From contig OZ316893.1 of the NCBI GenBank assembly GCA_973895155.1, positions 17,676,770 to 17,740,769 on the forward strand: DNA of 64,000 nucleotides, read 5' to 3'. The position numbers were made by a program, and so were the translations under genes. This stretch comes from Marsupella aquatica (lineage: Eukaryota; Plantae; Marchantiophyta). Shown here piece by piece: positions 25,251-36,700 of the stretch; the stretch's first letter is position 1; every line of letters begins with the position of its first letter. The notes below the pieces were generated by a model that was not told where the DNA came from, ran no database searches, and saw only the letters and a list, made by a program, of their open reading frames with translations.

Positions 25251-26977
25251 AAATTATTTTTGGCAATTTTAAAAAAAAAAATGGCTTTGTTGGCTCTTGT
25301 CAGATTCTCCCAATCATTTATTTACTTTTCACTCATGGATTCCATTGGGCATTAATTTTTTTCTACAAATATTCCTTCTCAATCATGTGCTTTTATTTCA
25401 TTTGCGGATCTAACTTGTCAGTAATTTTACTCTCCAAAGAGAGCCCCAAAACTTTATTCCAACAAACACTAGCACAAATGTCACTATTGATGTCAAATGT
25501 AGAATCCACAGATCTTCTAGCTTTTCTTCAAAAAGGCACCTAGGACTAACCGTAAATTAAATCATGTATTGTGAATGGACATATCTACAAGTACACAAGT
25601 AAAATCTACAGATTGAAGAATGAAAAATAACCTTTCTATTTGTCTAGGAAATCATTTAGAGTAGAAGAACGTGACGCAATTGAGAATTACTGCACAAAAA
25701 ACTCAAGTAGAAGGACAACACGCAATTGAGAATTAATGTAGGGAAAAATCTGACCAGTTCCTAAATTGCATGATTTGATGAAACATGTGCACATTACAGG
25801 ATCCACATGAACAACACAAAACTATCCTGAAAAAAACACAGCATTTGACTCCAAGCACGAGCCACATTTTGTTTTGTGAAGTAGATTAAAATTATGTCTA
25901 ATAAAATGCAGTGAACTGTTTTTCTTTGGAACCCTAGCCATGATCATGTACAATAAACCTATAATTAATGCTCAGCCGGGACTTAATGATCTGGAACTCC
26001 TGTTGGAAAAGTCAGACATGATACGAGGAGCTTTTAACTCAAGATCTCGTGGTAAACGCCTGCCATGGTCTCTCAACTGAAGGTGAATCACATCTGTATG
26101 ATTGCTCCACTCGAGACCGATCTGTAGAATTTATGGACTCATGCACTCAATTAAATAAGAAAGAGATATGGCAAAGAATATAGTGGGGATGACAAAACAT
26201 AGAGAATCAAGAAGCTCATTCCAAGGAGGATATTACAGAGAAGTGTGGTGCTGAACATGGGGGCGTCTTGCTGCTGAGATTTGTGATCCAAATTTGCCTT
26301 GTTTGCGACTACTCTTGCTTTTGTCTCTATCTCCAAAATGACACCAATGTTGAACATCTCGTGTGAATACACATCATCATACAACATACATCGTTGGCAT
26401 ACCATACATACATACATAACATAGACCAGAGCATACACAAATACAAGTGTACCACAACTGAAATCCGTGAAAGACATACTATCATAAAACACATATAGAA
26501 CACAAACAGTCAAGCCAAACCCACTCCACTATAGAGAATCTAGGTCAAAGCTAACAAGACACCATAGCCAAGGAGCTCCACTCACTACCAAGGCTCTCCC
26601 AATGCCAAAGGCTCAAATTCAAAGAACTAACTGTTCTTTAAGCACACTCCACACTATACCCTCCAACCCAAGCTAGGGCGGGTTCTACTAGGGAGTAACC
26701 CTCAACAAGGCATCCCTTCTAACCCTATGCATGGAACCAATCCCTATCTAGGCACTACGGCCATACATAAGGCATGGCGTTTAGTGCACACTAAGAACTA
26801 CAACGACACACATATATATGGTCATGACAACTGTCGTGCGAATACACATCATCATACAACATGCATTGCTGACATACCATACATACATAACATAGTCAAG
26901 AGGATACACAAATACAAGATAAATAATCTCATCACTTATCAATCATCTCCATCAGTCGACCTGATATAAGTTGCCAT

Positions 26978-27398
26978 TGTTGGGTATTTACTCTTACGTC
27001 TAGGTTAGGTATGACGTGGTTGGTACAACAACGTGGGTTGGTACAACTACGTGGTTAGGTACAACTACGTGATTAGGTACAACTATGTGGTTAGGTACAA
27101 CTACGTGATTAGGTACAACTATGTGGTTAGGTACAACTAAGTTGCACACTATATCATAAGAGGCATGTGTGCTTGGAGAGGTAGAACCAAGGCTCATTGT
27201 TATGGAGCCACTTGAGAGATAGGGAAAGCTTACACTGTGGAGACTCGGTATAGCCGACGGGCTTAGAGTTCAGTAAAGCTCTCTTGTGTGTTCCCGTGGA
27301 CGTAGCCTCAAGGAGGTGAACCACGTATCTCTTGTGTCGACTATTGTGCGTTGGATGGTTCATGGGCTTGCCGTTGCGATCGTCGTCTATGCTCAACA
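26978..27398 (+). repeat. 5' LTR with an 18-bp tandem array in U3
   Basis: TGTTGGG...CTCAACA; about 7 copies of GGTTAGGTACAACTACGT-like units at ~27010-27140. Confidence 0.97.
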
Positions 27399-27400
27399 AT

Positions 27401-27412
27401 TGGTATCAGAGC
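27401..27412 (+). promoter_or_regulatory. Primer binding site (initiator tRNA-Met)
   Basis: TGGTATCAGAGC 2 nt after the 5' LTR. Confidence 0.95.
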
Positions 27413-28104
27413 ATGCTTGGGAGGTGACGTGTGTTCGTGACGGGATTTCATGACGGTTTTTCCAGCGTTGAGTGTTGGTGGATTTTCCAGAGTTCCATCG
27501 CATGGAACTTGGAGTTTATGGGCTCAACGGATAGATCAGGGCAAGAGCTTTCTAACGGTGTGAAGAAATCGTTGAACGGAGCTCGTGGTGCAGAGAGATC
27601 TAAGTTTTCGTCGTTCTGGATTTTGTGAAGAAAGTTGGCAATCGACTCGGAGGGAGAAGCGTCAAGTGTTTTGACTCAACGGAGAGATTGAGGCAAGACG
27701 ATTGTTTTTGAGTCCGGGATTGGCTCTTTGATGCAAAGAGGAAGGCTAAGCAAAATCAATTACCTTGTTGGACTTGGTGACGGCACCAAGTGCAATTGAT
27801 CAACATTCGTTGTTGACAAGTGAGGTCGTAGCCATTGAAGTTGGCAATGCAGCGCACCAATCACATCGCAATTCCGACAACGGGTTGTACTTGGTATTTC
27901 GGTTATTCCCTGAGGTGGTCAAAACGGGGGAGTTTCCCAAGGTTTTACCCACCTCGACCGAAATTTGAATAACTTTTCCGTCAAATTTCAATTTTGATTT
28001 TGGTTTTCAGTATTGGACTCCTAGCTTTGTGGGCTACGCGGCGGTGTTGAGTTTCGAGTTTTTTGAGAAGTTGTGAAAAACAATATTTTTTGTGACTTTC
28101 TCAT

Positions 28105-29139
28105 ATGAGTGATTCGGAGGAGTTTTTCGAAGACGTGGAACTTGAAGCACGAGGATCACCGTGGAGGTTTCAGGGGCAGAGAGAGGAGCAGGAGGAAGAG
28201 CACGTGACACCGATACCATCACCGGTGCGGCGTGTGGTGGAGGAAGCAGTACTACTACCGGAGCTCACGGTAAAGAAGAAGATGGGGACTTTCAAGCTTG
28301 GGGGACCCAAGTATGAAGTGACAAAGTATGATGGGCGCTCTGACTACTTGCTATGGGAGAAGCAGGTGAAGGGAGTGCTTTATGCGTCAGGGATGGGCCA
28401 ACTGCTGAGCCCTCGTGAAGACGATGTTGATGAGAAACAATGGGACCGCATGCAGGAGCAGGGAGTGTGGTGTGTTACACTCTATCTCATGCCTCCCATC
28501 ATCAAGCAGTTAGGTGCACATAAGGATTGCATGTCCTTGTTTGCGGAATTGCAGAGCAAGTATCACCGCAAGGAGTTGTCGAACCGGCTCTACACTTCCT
28601 ACAAACTGATGAGTTTCAGGATGAAGGAATCTGGTACGAAGTTGCAAGACCATGTGGATGCTTTCAACGACATGGTCGTTGACTTGGAAAACCTTGGGGA
28701 GACTTTGAATGATGAGACGAAGGCTCTGCAGCTTCTTAGTTCATTGCCTCCATCTTACCAGTCCCTATCACGAGTGTTGTTGCATCGTGATAGGGATACC
28801 ATTTCATACAATGACGTGGTAAGTTCTCTGCTTAGTGATGATCTTCAGCAGAAGATGCACATCACGTCACAGCCTTCATCATCTGGTGCTGCCCTCAATG
28901 TTAACCGTGGGAGGAGTATGCAGCGACCAACTGGGGACCGTAGAACCCAGTTTAGATCTAAATCCAGATCTAAGTCCAAGGGTAAATCCCCTCAGAGGAG
29001 GCAGGTGACATGTTGGAAGTGCAACCAAGTTGGACACTTCAAGCGAGACTGTAAGGGAAAGGCAGCGGAAACTTCATCGGCAAATGTGGCTAGGGCTGAT
29101 GGAGAAGCTGATTTACTCAATGATGAGTATGTTTTATGA
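28105..29139 (+). CDS. gag: Copia Gag (acidic N-terminal extension, UBN2-like core, CCHC knuckle)
   Basis: KYDGRSDYLLWEKQ, LLSSLPPSY and CWKCNQVGHFKRDC; ends at TGA 29137-29139. Confidence 0.95.
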   Translation: MSDSEEFFEDVELEARGSPWRFQGQREEQEEEHVTPIPSPVRRVVEEAVLLPELTVKKKMGTFKLGGPKYEVTKYDGRSDYLLWEKQVKGVLYASGMGQLLSPREDDVDEKQWDRMQEQGVWCVTLYLMPPIIKQLGAHKDCMSLFAELQSKYHRKELSNRLYTSYKLMSFRMKESGTKLQDHVDAFNDMVVDLENLGETLNDETKALQLLSSLPPSYQSLSRVLLHRDRDTISYNDVVSSLLSDDLQQKMHITSQPSSSGAALNVNRGRSMQRPTGDRRTQFRSKSRSKSKGKSPQRRQVTCWKCNQVGHFKRDCKGKAAETSSANVARADGEADLLNDEYVL

Positions 29140-32100
29140 AGCCGGGGGTATGCCCTGTGCACGTCATCTAGGAGAGCAGATGATGTGTGGATTCTTGATT
29201 GTGCTTGCTCTTTTCATATTTGTTACATTCGTGAGTTTTTCAGTTCTTACTCTGTTTCAAACGGTTCAGTTCTGATGGGAAATGATCACTCCTGTCAAAT
29301 TGAGGGAATTGGGTCTGTGAAGATTCAAATGTTTGATGGCGCTGTGCGCACAGTGTCCGGAGTCAGGTATGTACCTGGCATGCGTAAGAATCTGATTTCA
29401 CTCGGTGTGTTGGATTCAAATGGTCATCAATGGAGCGTTATTGATGGTGAACTTCAAGTCAGGTCGGGAGAGACAGTGATTTTGAAGGGGAGTAGACAAA
29501 AGAATTTGTATGTGTTACAGGGCAATACTGTATGTGGAGAGGCCAATGTAACCAAGTCTCACGAGGAGATGACTCAACTGTGGCATTCACGGCTAGGCCA
29601 CATGAGTGAGAAGGGTTTGGCTATCTTACGGAAGAATGGACTCATTTCTGATTTGCAATCTTGTAAATTAGAGTTTTGTGAGCATTGCATTCTTGGAAAG
29701 CAGCATCGTCGTGCTTTTGGTGTTGGAACTCATCGTTCCAAAGCGGTTCTTGAGTACTTACATAGTGACGTGTGGGGTCCATCCCCGACTCCCTCACACT
29801 CTGGAAAGTTGTACTATGTATCATTTATTGATGATTACTCAAGATTTGTGTGGATTTATTTCATGACGCATAAGTCTGATGTCTTGTCCATTTTTAAGAA
29901 GTGGAAGGCCCAGGTGGAGAATCAGACTGGAAACACGATCAAGTGTTTGGATACAAGGGTGAAGAGTCTGAGGTCAGACAACGGCGGGGAGTACACTTCA
30001 ATGGAATTTGAAGAGCACTGTTCAGAACAGGGGATAACTCGCCATCTCACCACAGTTTATACTCCGCAGCAGAATGGTGTCGCTGAGAGGCTCAATCGGA
30101 CACTGTTGGAGCGGTCACGGAGTATGTTGAGCCAATCAGGTTTACCACAAGAATTTTGGGCAGAAGCTGTCAATACCGCAGCTTATTTGGTAAATCTTTC
30201 TCCTTCTAGTGCTATCAATTTCAAAACGCCGTTTGAGATGCGCTATAAGCGGCAAGCAGACTATCATGGCTTGGTAATTTTTGGAAGTGATGCATATGCT
30301 CTCACACCAAAGCAGAATAGGACCAAGTTGGATCCTACCTCCAGGAAATGTGTTTTTCTTGGGTACCAGAGTGGTGTGAAAACCTATAGGCTATGGGATC
30401 CTATTGCCTGTAAGCTCGTTGTCAGTAGGGATGTTTCCTTCAATGAATCCAGATTATTGAAGGAGGGGGAGAATACTCAGGTCTCCCGTACTGACAAAGG
30501 AAAATCTCCTATCCCGGATCTCGTTGAGGGGGAGATTGGTTATGAGGTGCATGACCGGAGAGAAGGAGTTGCTCCAATTATGGAGCTGGTTCCTGTGCCA
30601 GAGGAACCAGAGGAGTTTGTTGATGCTGGTGAGCAACAAGTGGATGCTGTTGAGCTTCAAATTGTACCAGCACACGCAGATCAACCGGAGTCATCGGCTA
30701 GAAGAACATCTGGTCGCACTGTACGCGCTCCATCAAGGTATGGACAGTGGGTTGATTCATCTCAACTGCAAGAGGATGATTTTACAGCTGATGATGAGGG
30801 TGATGCGTTAATTTTGGAAGAAGGAGAACCTTCTTCATTTCATGAGGCAAGTGCTTCAAAAGAGAAGCAGAAGTGGACTGCAGCAATGCAAACGGAGATG
30901 CAGTCACTAAAGGACAACAAAACTTGGGAGCTTGTTAAGCTGCCTAAGGGTCAGCAAGTGGTGGACAGCAAGTGGATTTACAAGCTGAAGGATAATTCCA
31001 TAGGAGGTGGATCGAAGGTCTACAAGGCTAGATTGGTAGCAAAGGGATTCACACAAGAGAAAGGTGTGGATTACAATGAGGTCTTCTCACCAGTTGCTAA
31101 GTACTCTACAATACGACTATTGTGTGTACTTGTTGTAATGTTTGGTCTGCTCCTAGATCAGATGGATGTTGTCACAGCTTTCCTCTATGGCACATTGGAA
31201 GAGGTGATCTTCATGAGACAACCGCTAGGTTTTGTGAAGAGAGGACAGGAGGAATTGGTTTGCAGATTGTTGAAATCCTTGTATGGGTTGAAGCAGTCAC
31301 CAAGACAGTGGAACAAGCGGTTTGACGATTGGATTCGGTCACAAGGTTTTCACAGAAGTGTATTTGACCCTTGTGTGTATTTGAAACCGGTGAAGAATGT
31401 TGTCTTTGGGTTCATTATTTTAGTACTTTATGTGGATGACATGCTAATTGCAGCCAATGATAGGTCTGAGATTGTTAAGCTCAAGGCACTGCTTAGTGCA
31501 GAGTTTAAGATGAAGGACTTAGGGCCAGCTAAGAGGATTTTGGGTATGGAGATCACTAGGGACTTGGAGGCTGGCAAGCTATGGTTGACGCAGAGCAGTT
31601 ATGCGAGGAAGGTAATTGCAAGGTTCAACATGGAGAATAGCAAGCCAGTAAGTACCCCGTTGGCTCCACACTTCAAGTTATCATCAGCGTTCTGTCCTAC
31701 GGATGACACAGAGAAGGGGTTGATGTCAAAGGTTCCATATGACAAGGCAGTGGGGAGTCTCATGTATTTGATGACTTGCACTAGACCTGATCTTGCCATG
31801 GCTATGGGCAAGGTGAGCAGGTACATGTCGAATCCAGGGAAGGTACACTGGGAAGCAGTGAAGTGGATTATCAGGTACTTGAAGGGTACTGTGGATCATG
31901 GTCTTTTATTTGATGCGAATGCAAAGAATGCTAGATCATTGATTGGCTATGTAGATTCTGACTATGGACAAGATTTGGACCGAAGGAGATCAACAACAGG
32001 ATACGTGTTCACACTTGGCGGTGGATGCATAAGTTGGAGGTCTACTTTGCAGAAGTGTATTGCTCAGTCTACTACAGAAGCGGAGTATGTTGCAGCTGCG

Positions 32101-32412
32101 GAAGCAGCAAAGGAAGCGATTTGGTTGGATAGACTTATCACTGAAATGGGATTGCCACAGGGGAATGTGAAGCTCCATTGTGATAGTCAAAGTGCGCTCC
32201 ACCTTGCTGTGAACCAGGTGATGGACAGCAGAGTGAAGCACATTGACGTCAGGTACCATTTTATCAGGCAGGCTGTGTCTGATAATTTGTTTGAGCTAGT
32301 CAAGATTGATGGTAAACTCAACCCGGCTGACGCATTTACCAAAGTGATTCCTTTGGAGAGTTTCTCTAGACACCGTGACGTATTGCAGGTTTTGCAATTG
32401 CATCACAAGTAG
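29140..32412 (+). CDS. pol: Copia Pol (protease, GAG-pre-integrase, integrase, RT, RNase H); open and in frame with gag
   Basis: WILDCACSFH, LWHSRLGH, LRSDNGGEY, YKARLVAKG, LYVDDML, GYVDSDY, HIDVRYHFIR; no internal stop over ~1090 codons. Confidence 0.95.
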   Translation, partial: SRGYALCTSSRRADDVWILDCACSFHICYIREFFSSYSVSNGSVLMGNDHSCQIEGIGSVKIQMFDGAVRTVSGVRYVPGMRKNLISLGVLDSNGHQWSVIDGELQVRSGETVILKGSRQKNLYVLQGNTVCGEANVTKSHEEMTQLWHSRLGHMSEKGLAILRKNGLISDLQSCKLEFCEHCILGKQHRRAFGVGTHRSKAVLEYLHSDVWGPSPTPSHSGKLYYVSFIDDYSRFVWIYFMTHKSDVLSIFKKWKAQVENQTGNTIKCLDTRVKSLRSDNGGEYTSMEFEEHCSEQGITRHLTTVYTPQQNGVAERLNRTLLERSRSMLSQSGLPQEFWAEAVNTAAYLVNLSPSSAINFKTPFEMRYKRQADYHGLVIFGSDAYALTPKQNRTKLDPTSRKCVFLGYQSGVKTYRLWDPIACKLVVSRDVSFNESRLLKEGENTQVSRTDKGKSPIPDLVEGEIGYEVHDRREGVAPIMELVPVPEEPEEFVDAGEQQVDAVELQIVPAHADQPESSARRTSGRTVRAPSRYGQWVDSSQLQEDDFTADDEGDALILEEGEPSSFHEASASKEKQKWTAAMQTEMQSLKDNKTWELVKLPKGQQVVDSKWIYKLKDNSIGGGSKVYKARLVAKGFTQEKGVDYNEVFSPVAKYSTIRLLCVLVVMFGLLLDQMDVVTAFLYGTLEEVIFMRQPLGFVKRGQEELVCRLLKSLYGLKQSPRQWNKRFDDWIRSQGFHRSVFDPCVYLKPVKNVVFGFIILVLYVDDMLIAANDRSEIVKLKALLSAEFKMKDLGPAKRILGMEITRDLEAGKLWLTQSSYARKVIARFNMENSKPVSTPLAPHFKLSSAFCPTDDTEKGLMSKVPYDKAVGSLMYLMTCTRPDLAMAMGKVSRYMSNPGKVHWEAVKWIIRYLKGTVDHGLLFDANAKNARSLIGYVDSDYGQDLDRRRSTTGYVFTLGGGCISWRSTLQKCIAQSTTEAEYVAAAEAAKEAIWLDRLITEMGLPQGNVKLHCDSQSALHLAVNQVMDSRVKHIDVRYHFIRQAVSDNLFELVKIDGKLNPADAFTKVIPLESFSRHRDVLQVLQLHHK

Positions 32413-32592
32413 AGTTTTCTTAAACATTCATTGTAATTACTGATATATGCTCTTCCTCATTCCTATGTATTAGGCTACGGCTTAGTTCTGGTTTGCTCTA
32501 GTTAGAGAGGGAAACCGGTTTGGTTTCTGTCCAGAACTTCCCGCTGAGGGATCATATACATTGGCAGTATTACTCTCCCCTAGACCAGAGTC

Positions 32593-33024
32593 AAGGGGAA
32601 GATTGTTGGGTATTTACTCTTACGTCTAGGTTAGGTATGACGTGGTTGGTACAACAACGTGGGTTGGTACAACTACGTGGTTAGGTACAACTACGTGATT
32701 AGGTACAACTATGTGGTTAGGTACAACTACGTGATTAGGTACAACTATGTGGTTAGGTACAACTAAGTTGCACACTATATCATAAGAGGCATGTGTGCTT
32801 GGAGAGGTAGAACCAAGGCTCATTGTTATGGAGCCACTTGAGAGATAGGGAAAGCTTACACTGTGGAGACTCGGTATAGCCGACGGGCTTAGAGTTCAGT
32901 AAAGCTCTCTTGTGTGTTCCCGTGGACGTAGCCTCAAGGAGGTGAACCACGTATCTCTTGTGTCGACTATTGTGCGTTGGATGGTTCATGGGCTTGCCGT
33001 TGCGATCGTCGTCTATGCTCAACA
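32593..33024 (+). repeat. PPT (AAGGGGAAGA) and 3' LTR (32604-33024)
   Basis: Purine tract immediately before the second 421-bp LTR. Confidence 0.97.
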
Positions 33025-33798
33025 GCCATGTCATCTCAGACAGGCCGCCAAGTTGCGGCGCCAAAAAAAATGCGGGAAAAAAATTTAGGGTCTTGGCTAG
33101 GTGTCTGAATGGTACGGACACAAGATTTTGCCGGAATATGTTTTTCAAATATATGTTTTTCAAATTTTTTCCCTTTTTTTCATTTTCCCTTTTTTTTGGG
33201 TTTGTACGCCCATCTCGGCGAGGTCAGCTGAGATTGAGTCAATCTCATCTGCCCAACTAAGATGCACGGAGGTGCGAAGGCCTCATCTCAGTTGAGTTTA
33301 AGAAATTTAAAGGCAGCAAAACTGATAACTGATACCAACCACTAATTACCGATGATGTTGCGTACCCCCACAAATACACTATACCACAACTTGCCCCCCT
33401 AACTAGTGGTTAGGTCCTCTAACTCCCAGGTAGCCCTATCCATCTACTACATGGTATACACCTTTGTGGGTGCACGAACCATAAGCCAGGCCGGGTGCTA
33501 TGTTGCCCCATCATTACTAGCTCATCTGCAATTCAAACCATGTGAAGATCAAGTCATCTACCTCCTAAGTACACCAAGGACAAACCCATCATCTAGTAGG
33601 TGGAGTCAAGCACTACATGTGCTAACCCCTAGAACATCTATCACACACCAACATATGGGTTGCTTCACTTGCAGACCCACATAACATGCACCTCAAGCTT
33701 GCACGTATACTGCCAAGCTTGGGTCCATTGTACCATCCATGTTTTAGAGGTGACACGGGAGGTGATATGACACAATTATGCACATGGGCCTTCCAAAC

Positions 33799-36700
33799 TG
33801 TTAGGTATTTACTCTAGGTCTAGGGTTATGACATGTAACCATAGTTAGACTAACCGTAATCATAGATGTGGTTAGGTTAACTAGGATGCACACTATATGC
33901 CAAGCGATGTTTCCTTGGATAAGTGGAACTTAGGCTCATTGTTATGGAGCCACTCGAGAGATGAGGAGAGCTTACACTGTGGAGACTTGGTATGGCCGAC
34001 GGGCTTAGAGTTCAGTAAAGCTCTCTTGTGTGTTCCCGTGGACGTAGCCTCGAGGAGGTGAACCACGTATCTTTTGTGTCAATTACTTGCACGTTGGATG
34101 TGTCATGTGCTTACCGCTATAAGTGTCATCTACGCTCAACAATTGGTATCAGAGCATGCCTGGGAGGTGACATTGTTCGTGAAGGGATTTCGTGATGGGT
34201 TTTTCCAGTGTTGAGTGTCGGTGGATTTTCCGGAGTTCCGTCGCATGGAACTTGGAGTTTATGGGCTCAATAGATAGATCGGGGCAAGGGCTTTCTAACG
34301 GTGTGAAGAAATTGCTGAACGAAGCTCGTGGTGCGGAGAGATCTAAGATTTTGTCATTTTGGATTTTGTAAAGAAAGTCGGCAACATTCGTGTTCGACGG
34401 TTTTTTGGAGGAGGGACCAGAGTTTGTTTTCTTGATGGTGTGAGCTCTACGGCAAAGGAGGTGTTGCATGTTGTAGCTTTGCTTGTAGATCGGGATGAGC
34501 TGATCGTTTTGGTAGATGGTTTGTTGCCGAGTGTGTAACGAGTGCGTCGCAACGAGCAAAAGAAGCATTCTGATTTTCTGACCGGCTATGGAGTCCTCTT
34601 TTGCCTGAGCAAGGTTTCTTGTCATTGCACTCGACTCGGAGGGAGAGATGTGAAGTGCTTGGGCTGAATGGAGAGATCACAAAGAGGTGATTGTTTTGAG
34701 TCCAAGATTGACATTTTTGCCCACGGGAGGAAGGAGTTCTGAGTTTTTGCCACTGATTGACCAGAAAATGGTGCGGGTGCGCAAATCTTTCCAACCCACC
34801 AACATTGGTTTCTGACTCCTCACCGTAATCCGAACGTTACAAGGTGCAAGCTCTTCTCGTTTGATTTCCACAAGGTTTTTTGGATTTCTTACGGGCCAAT
34901 TTTTTGTTTGAAAAATGCTCTCTCTCTCTCTCTCTTTGTATCATAAGAGAAACATGGACGTTGCGTAAAAGCCACAAAATAAAAGATGGCAGAATAGATG
35001 CACTGACATCTAACATTTTTTCTCTGGGAAGGGATAACCCCCAGAATATGATATCTCTTGGAACCCTATGATCATAAGCAGATAAGGGGCACAGAGGGCC
35101 ACCAAACAGGACACGACACTTTTATAGGGATTTAGGGAAAATACCCTAAAAACGCCGCCAGAGCAACGGCTATACTACTCCTGCAGGGTTTAGTAAGACA
35201 CAACATCCTGTGCACACTCTAGGCTACGACGCTTTCCTTTTGTAAACAATGTATACACTATAGATTGTTCCTGCATGCTCTAAAAGCTCTGTAATCAACT
35301 TTTTGCTGCCTGGTGAGAATCGTGACTCAACACTGAGCACTGATCATGGGAGGGGAACAACAACAGTCTGTGCAAGTGTGACTGGAGCACAATGAGCGAC
35401 AAGGCTAAAAAGGTGATCTATCCAATCACTTGAGAACGGTAAATTGACATTTGTCCTGCACTTTGACATTCTACGTGTAATCGATTAGAATATGGCTAAA
35501 GAGGTAAATATGGTGATGTGACTCGTTTTTCCCTAGTCCATGTCTCCCCGTAGCCCTCCGGACAATGCTACAGAAACATGGGACCTGAAATCACAACTTT
35601 TACGTTTTATTTTTGCCCAGTGACGGGGGCTGAATGAAGGCACCGGGTATGTGGATCATTTCGGTCAAATGATCCCTAGGGAAAAAGCATGGCCTATGCT
35701 TAGTGTGTTTGACCTGACATTAGAGTACGTTGTCCATCACCCAATAATCCTATGTGTAACTGATTGCACTGGATTTCATCTAAAAAGATAGGCGTTGCTT
35801 ACACTTATCTGCTACTGTACACTTGACACTGGGAATAACGATAATGTTTGGAGTCTATGCTGCTATGTATGAATCACTTTTTGAAGCGCATGAGGCTCTG
35901 TGTGATCAAACTCGATCTATGAAGTAATGATATGCGTATATATATGGGGTATGTGTATGCACTTGTGATATATATATTTCTTTAAAGAAAAGTATGGGCA
36001 TTAGTAACAATCGGTCCTGATGAGTATCGGGGTGTGATTATATGTGTATGCATATATATTGATCTCTCTCTCTAGAGACCTCCATTGCACATTGCAAAGA
36101 AATTTCTTTGGGGCCCTTGCCGGTGACGGGTGTGAATTTGACTTCTTTGGTGGTTATTTCCTTTGTGTTTTTTTGGGGGTCCACCCACTTTTGTGTATAC
36201 ACACACAAACTTGTGTGTATACACACCTTTTAGACCCTGCCCACCCCTCTCTTGACACGCGCCCTCCCCATCGCGACTCCTCCCTCCCTACATACATCGT
36301 CCCCCCCTCCCCGTTGCAACTCCTACCCTCCCGCCTTCCCCTCCCCGGTGTGTGCGCGCCCCCCCCACGGCCGGCCGGCCGACTTTCGGCTGCTCTTAGT
36401 CGTTGCTGCGACTTCCGCGCCCCGGCCCATCTCCTCGGCAGCCTGCAGCCGTGGCGGCTGCCTGGTATTCCCGGCCTGGCCCAATCGTACGCCCTCCCCA
36501 CCTACGCGCTCGTCTTCCACCCCCGGCCCGACCCCATACACCCTGTTTTTTCCCAAGAGGGGCTTTAAACCCCCTTTAGGCCTTAATTTTTATTTCTTTT
36601 CCTCCCTCCCCATTGGCTGCCGCATCCCGGGACCTGCCGCCCTCCACTTTAACCGCTTGGACAGGGGGAATGGCCCCCTGTGAGCCTTGCTGCTTTGTGC

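Larger units (their letters stand above)
26978..33024 (+). mobile_element. Structurally complete young Ty1/copia LTR retrotransposon (copy 1)
   Basis: TG...CA LTRs of 421 bp identical by eye; TSD GCCAT (26973-26977, 33025-33029); PBS; PPT; gag, then pol in PR-INT-RT-RH order. Confidence 0.97.
26916..33368 (+). mobile_element. MULE-type MITE (~400 bp once the copia is removed), 9-bp TSD
   Basis: TSD CACAAATAC at 26907-26915 and 33369-33377; imperfect TIRs AAGATAAATAATCTCATCAC.. and (reverse complement) GGGGTACGCAACATCATCGG.. Confidence 0.8.

Noticed and set aside
25975-26125. Exon-like minus-strand fragment (IGLEWSNHTDVIHLQLRD...)
   Set aside because: Short, unrecognised and without a supportable gene model; needs BLASTx.
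27003-27142. CRISPR-like array or VVPNH repeat protein
   Set aside because: Head-to-tail repeats without spacers inside an LTR; the ORF is an antisense by-product.
29137-29139. Selenocysteine recoding of the gag-pol UGA
   Set aside because: Land plants lack the Sec machinery, and no SECIS element is evident.
36044-36683. Overlapping Pro/Arg/Gly-rich ORFs on both strands
   Set aside because: Expected from GC-rich low-complexity sequence; no domain motifs.
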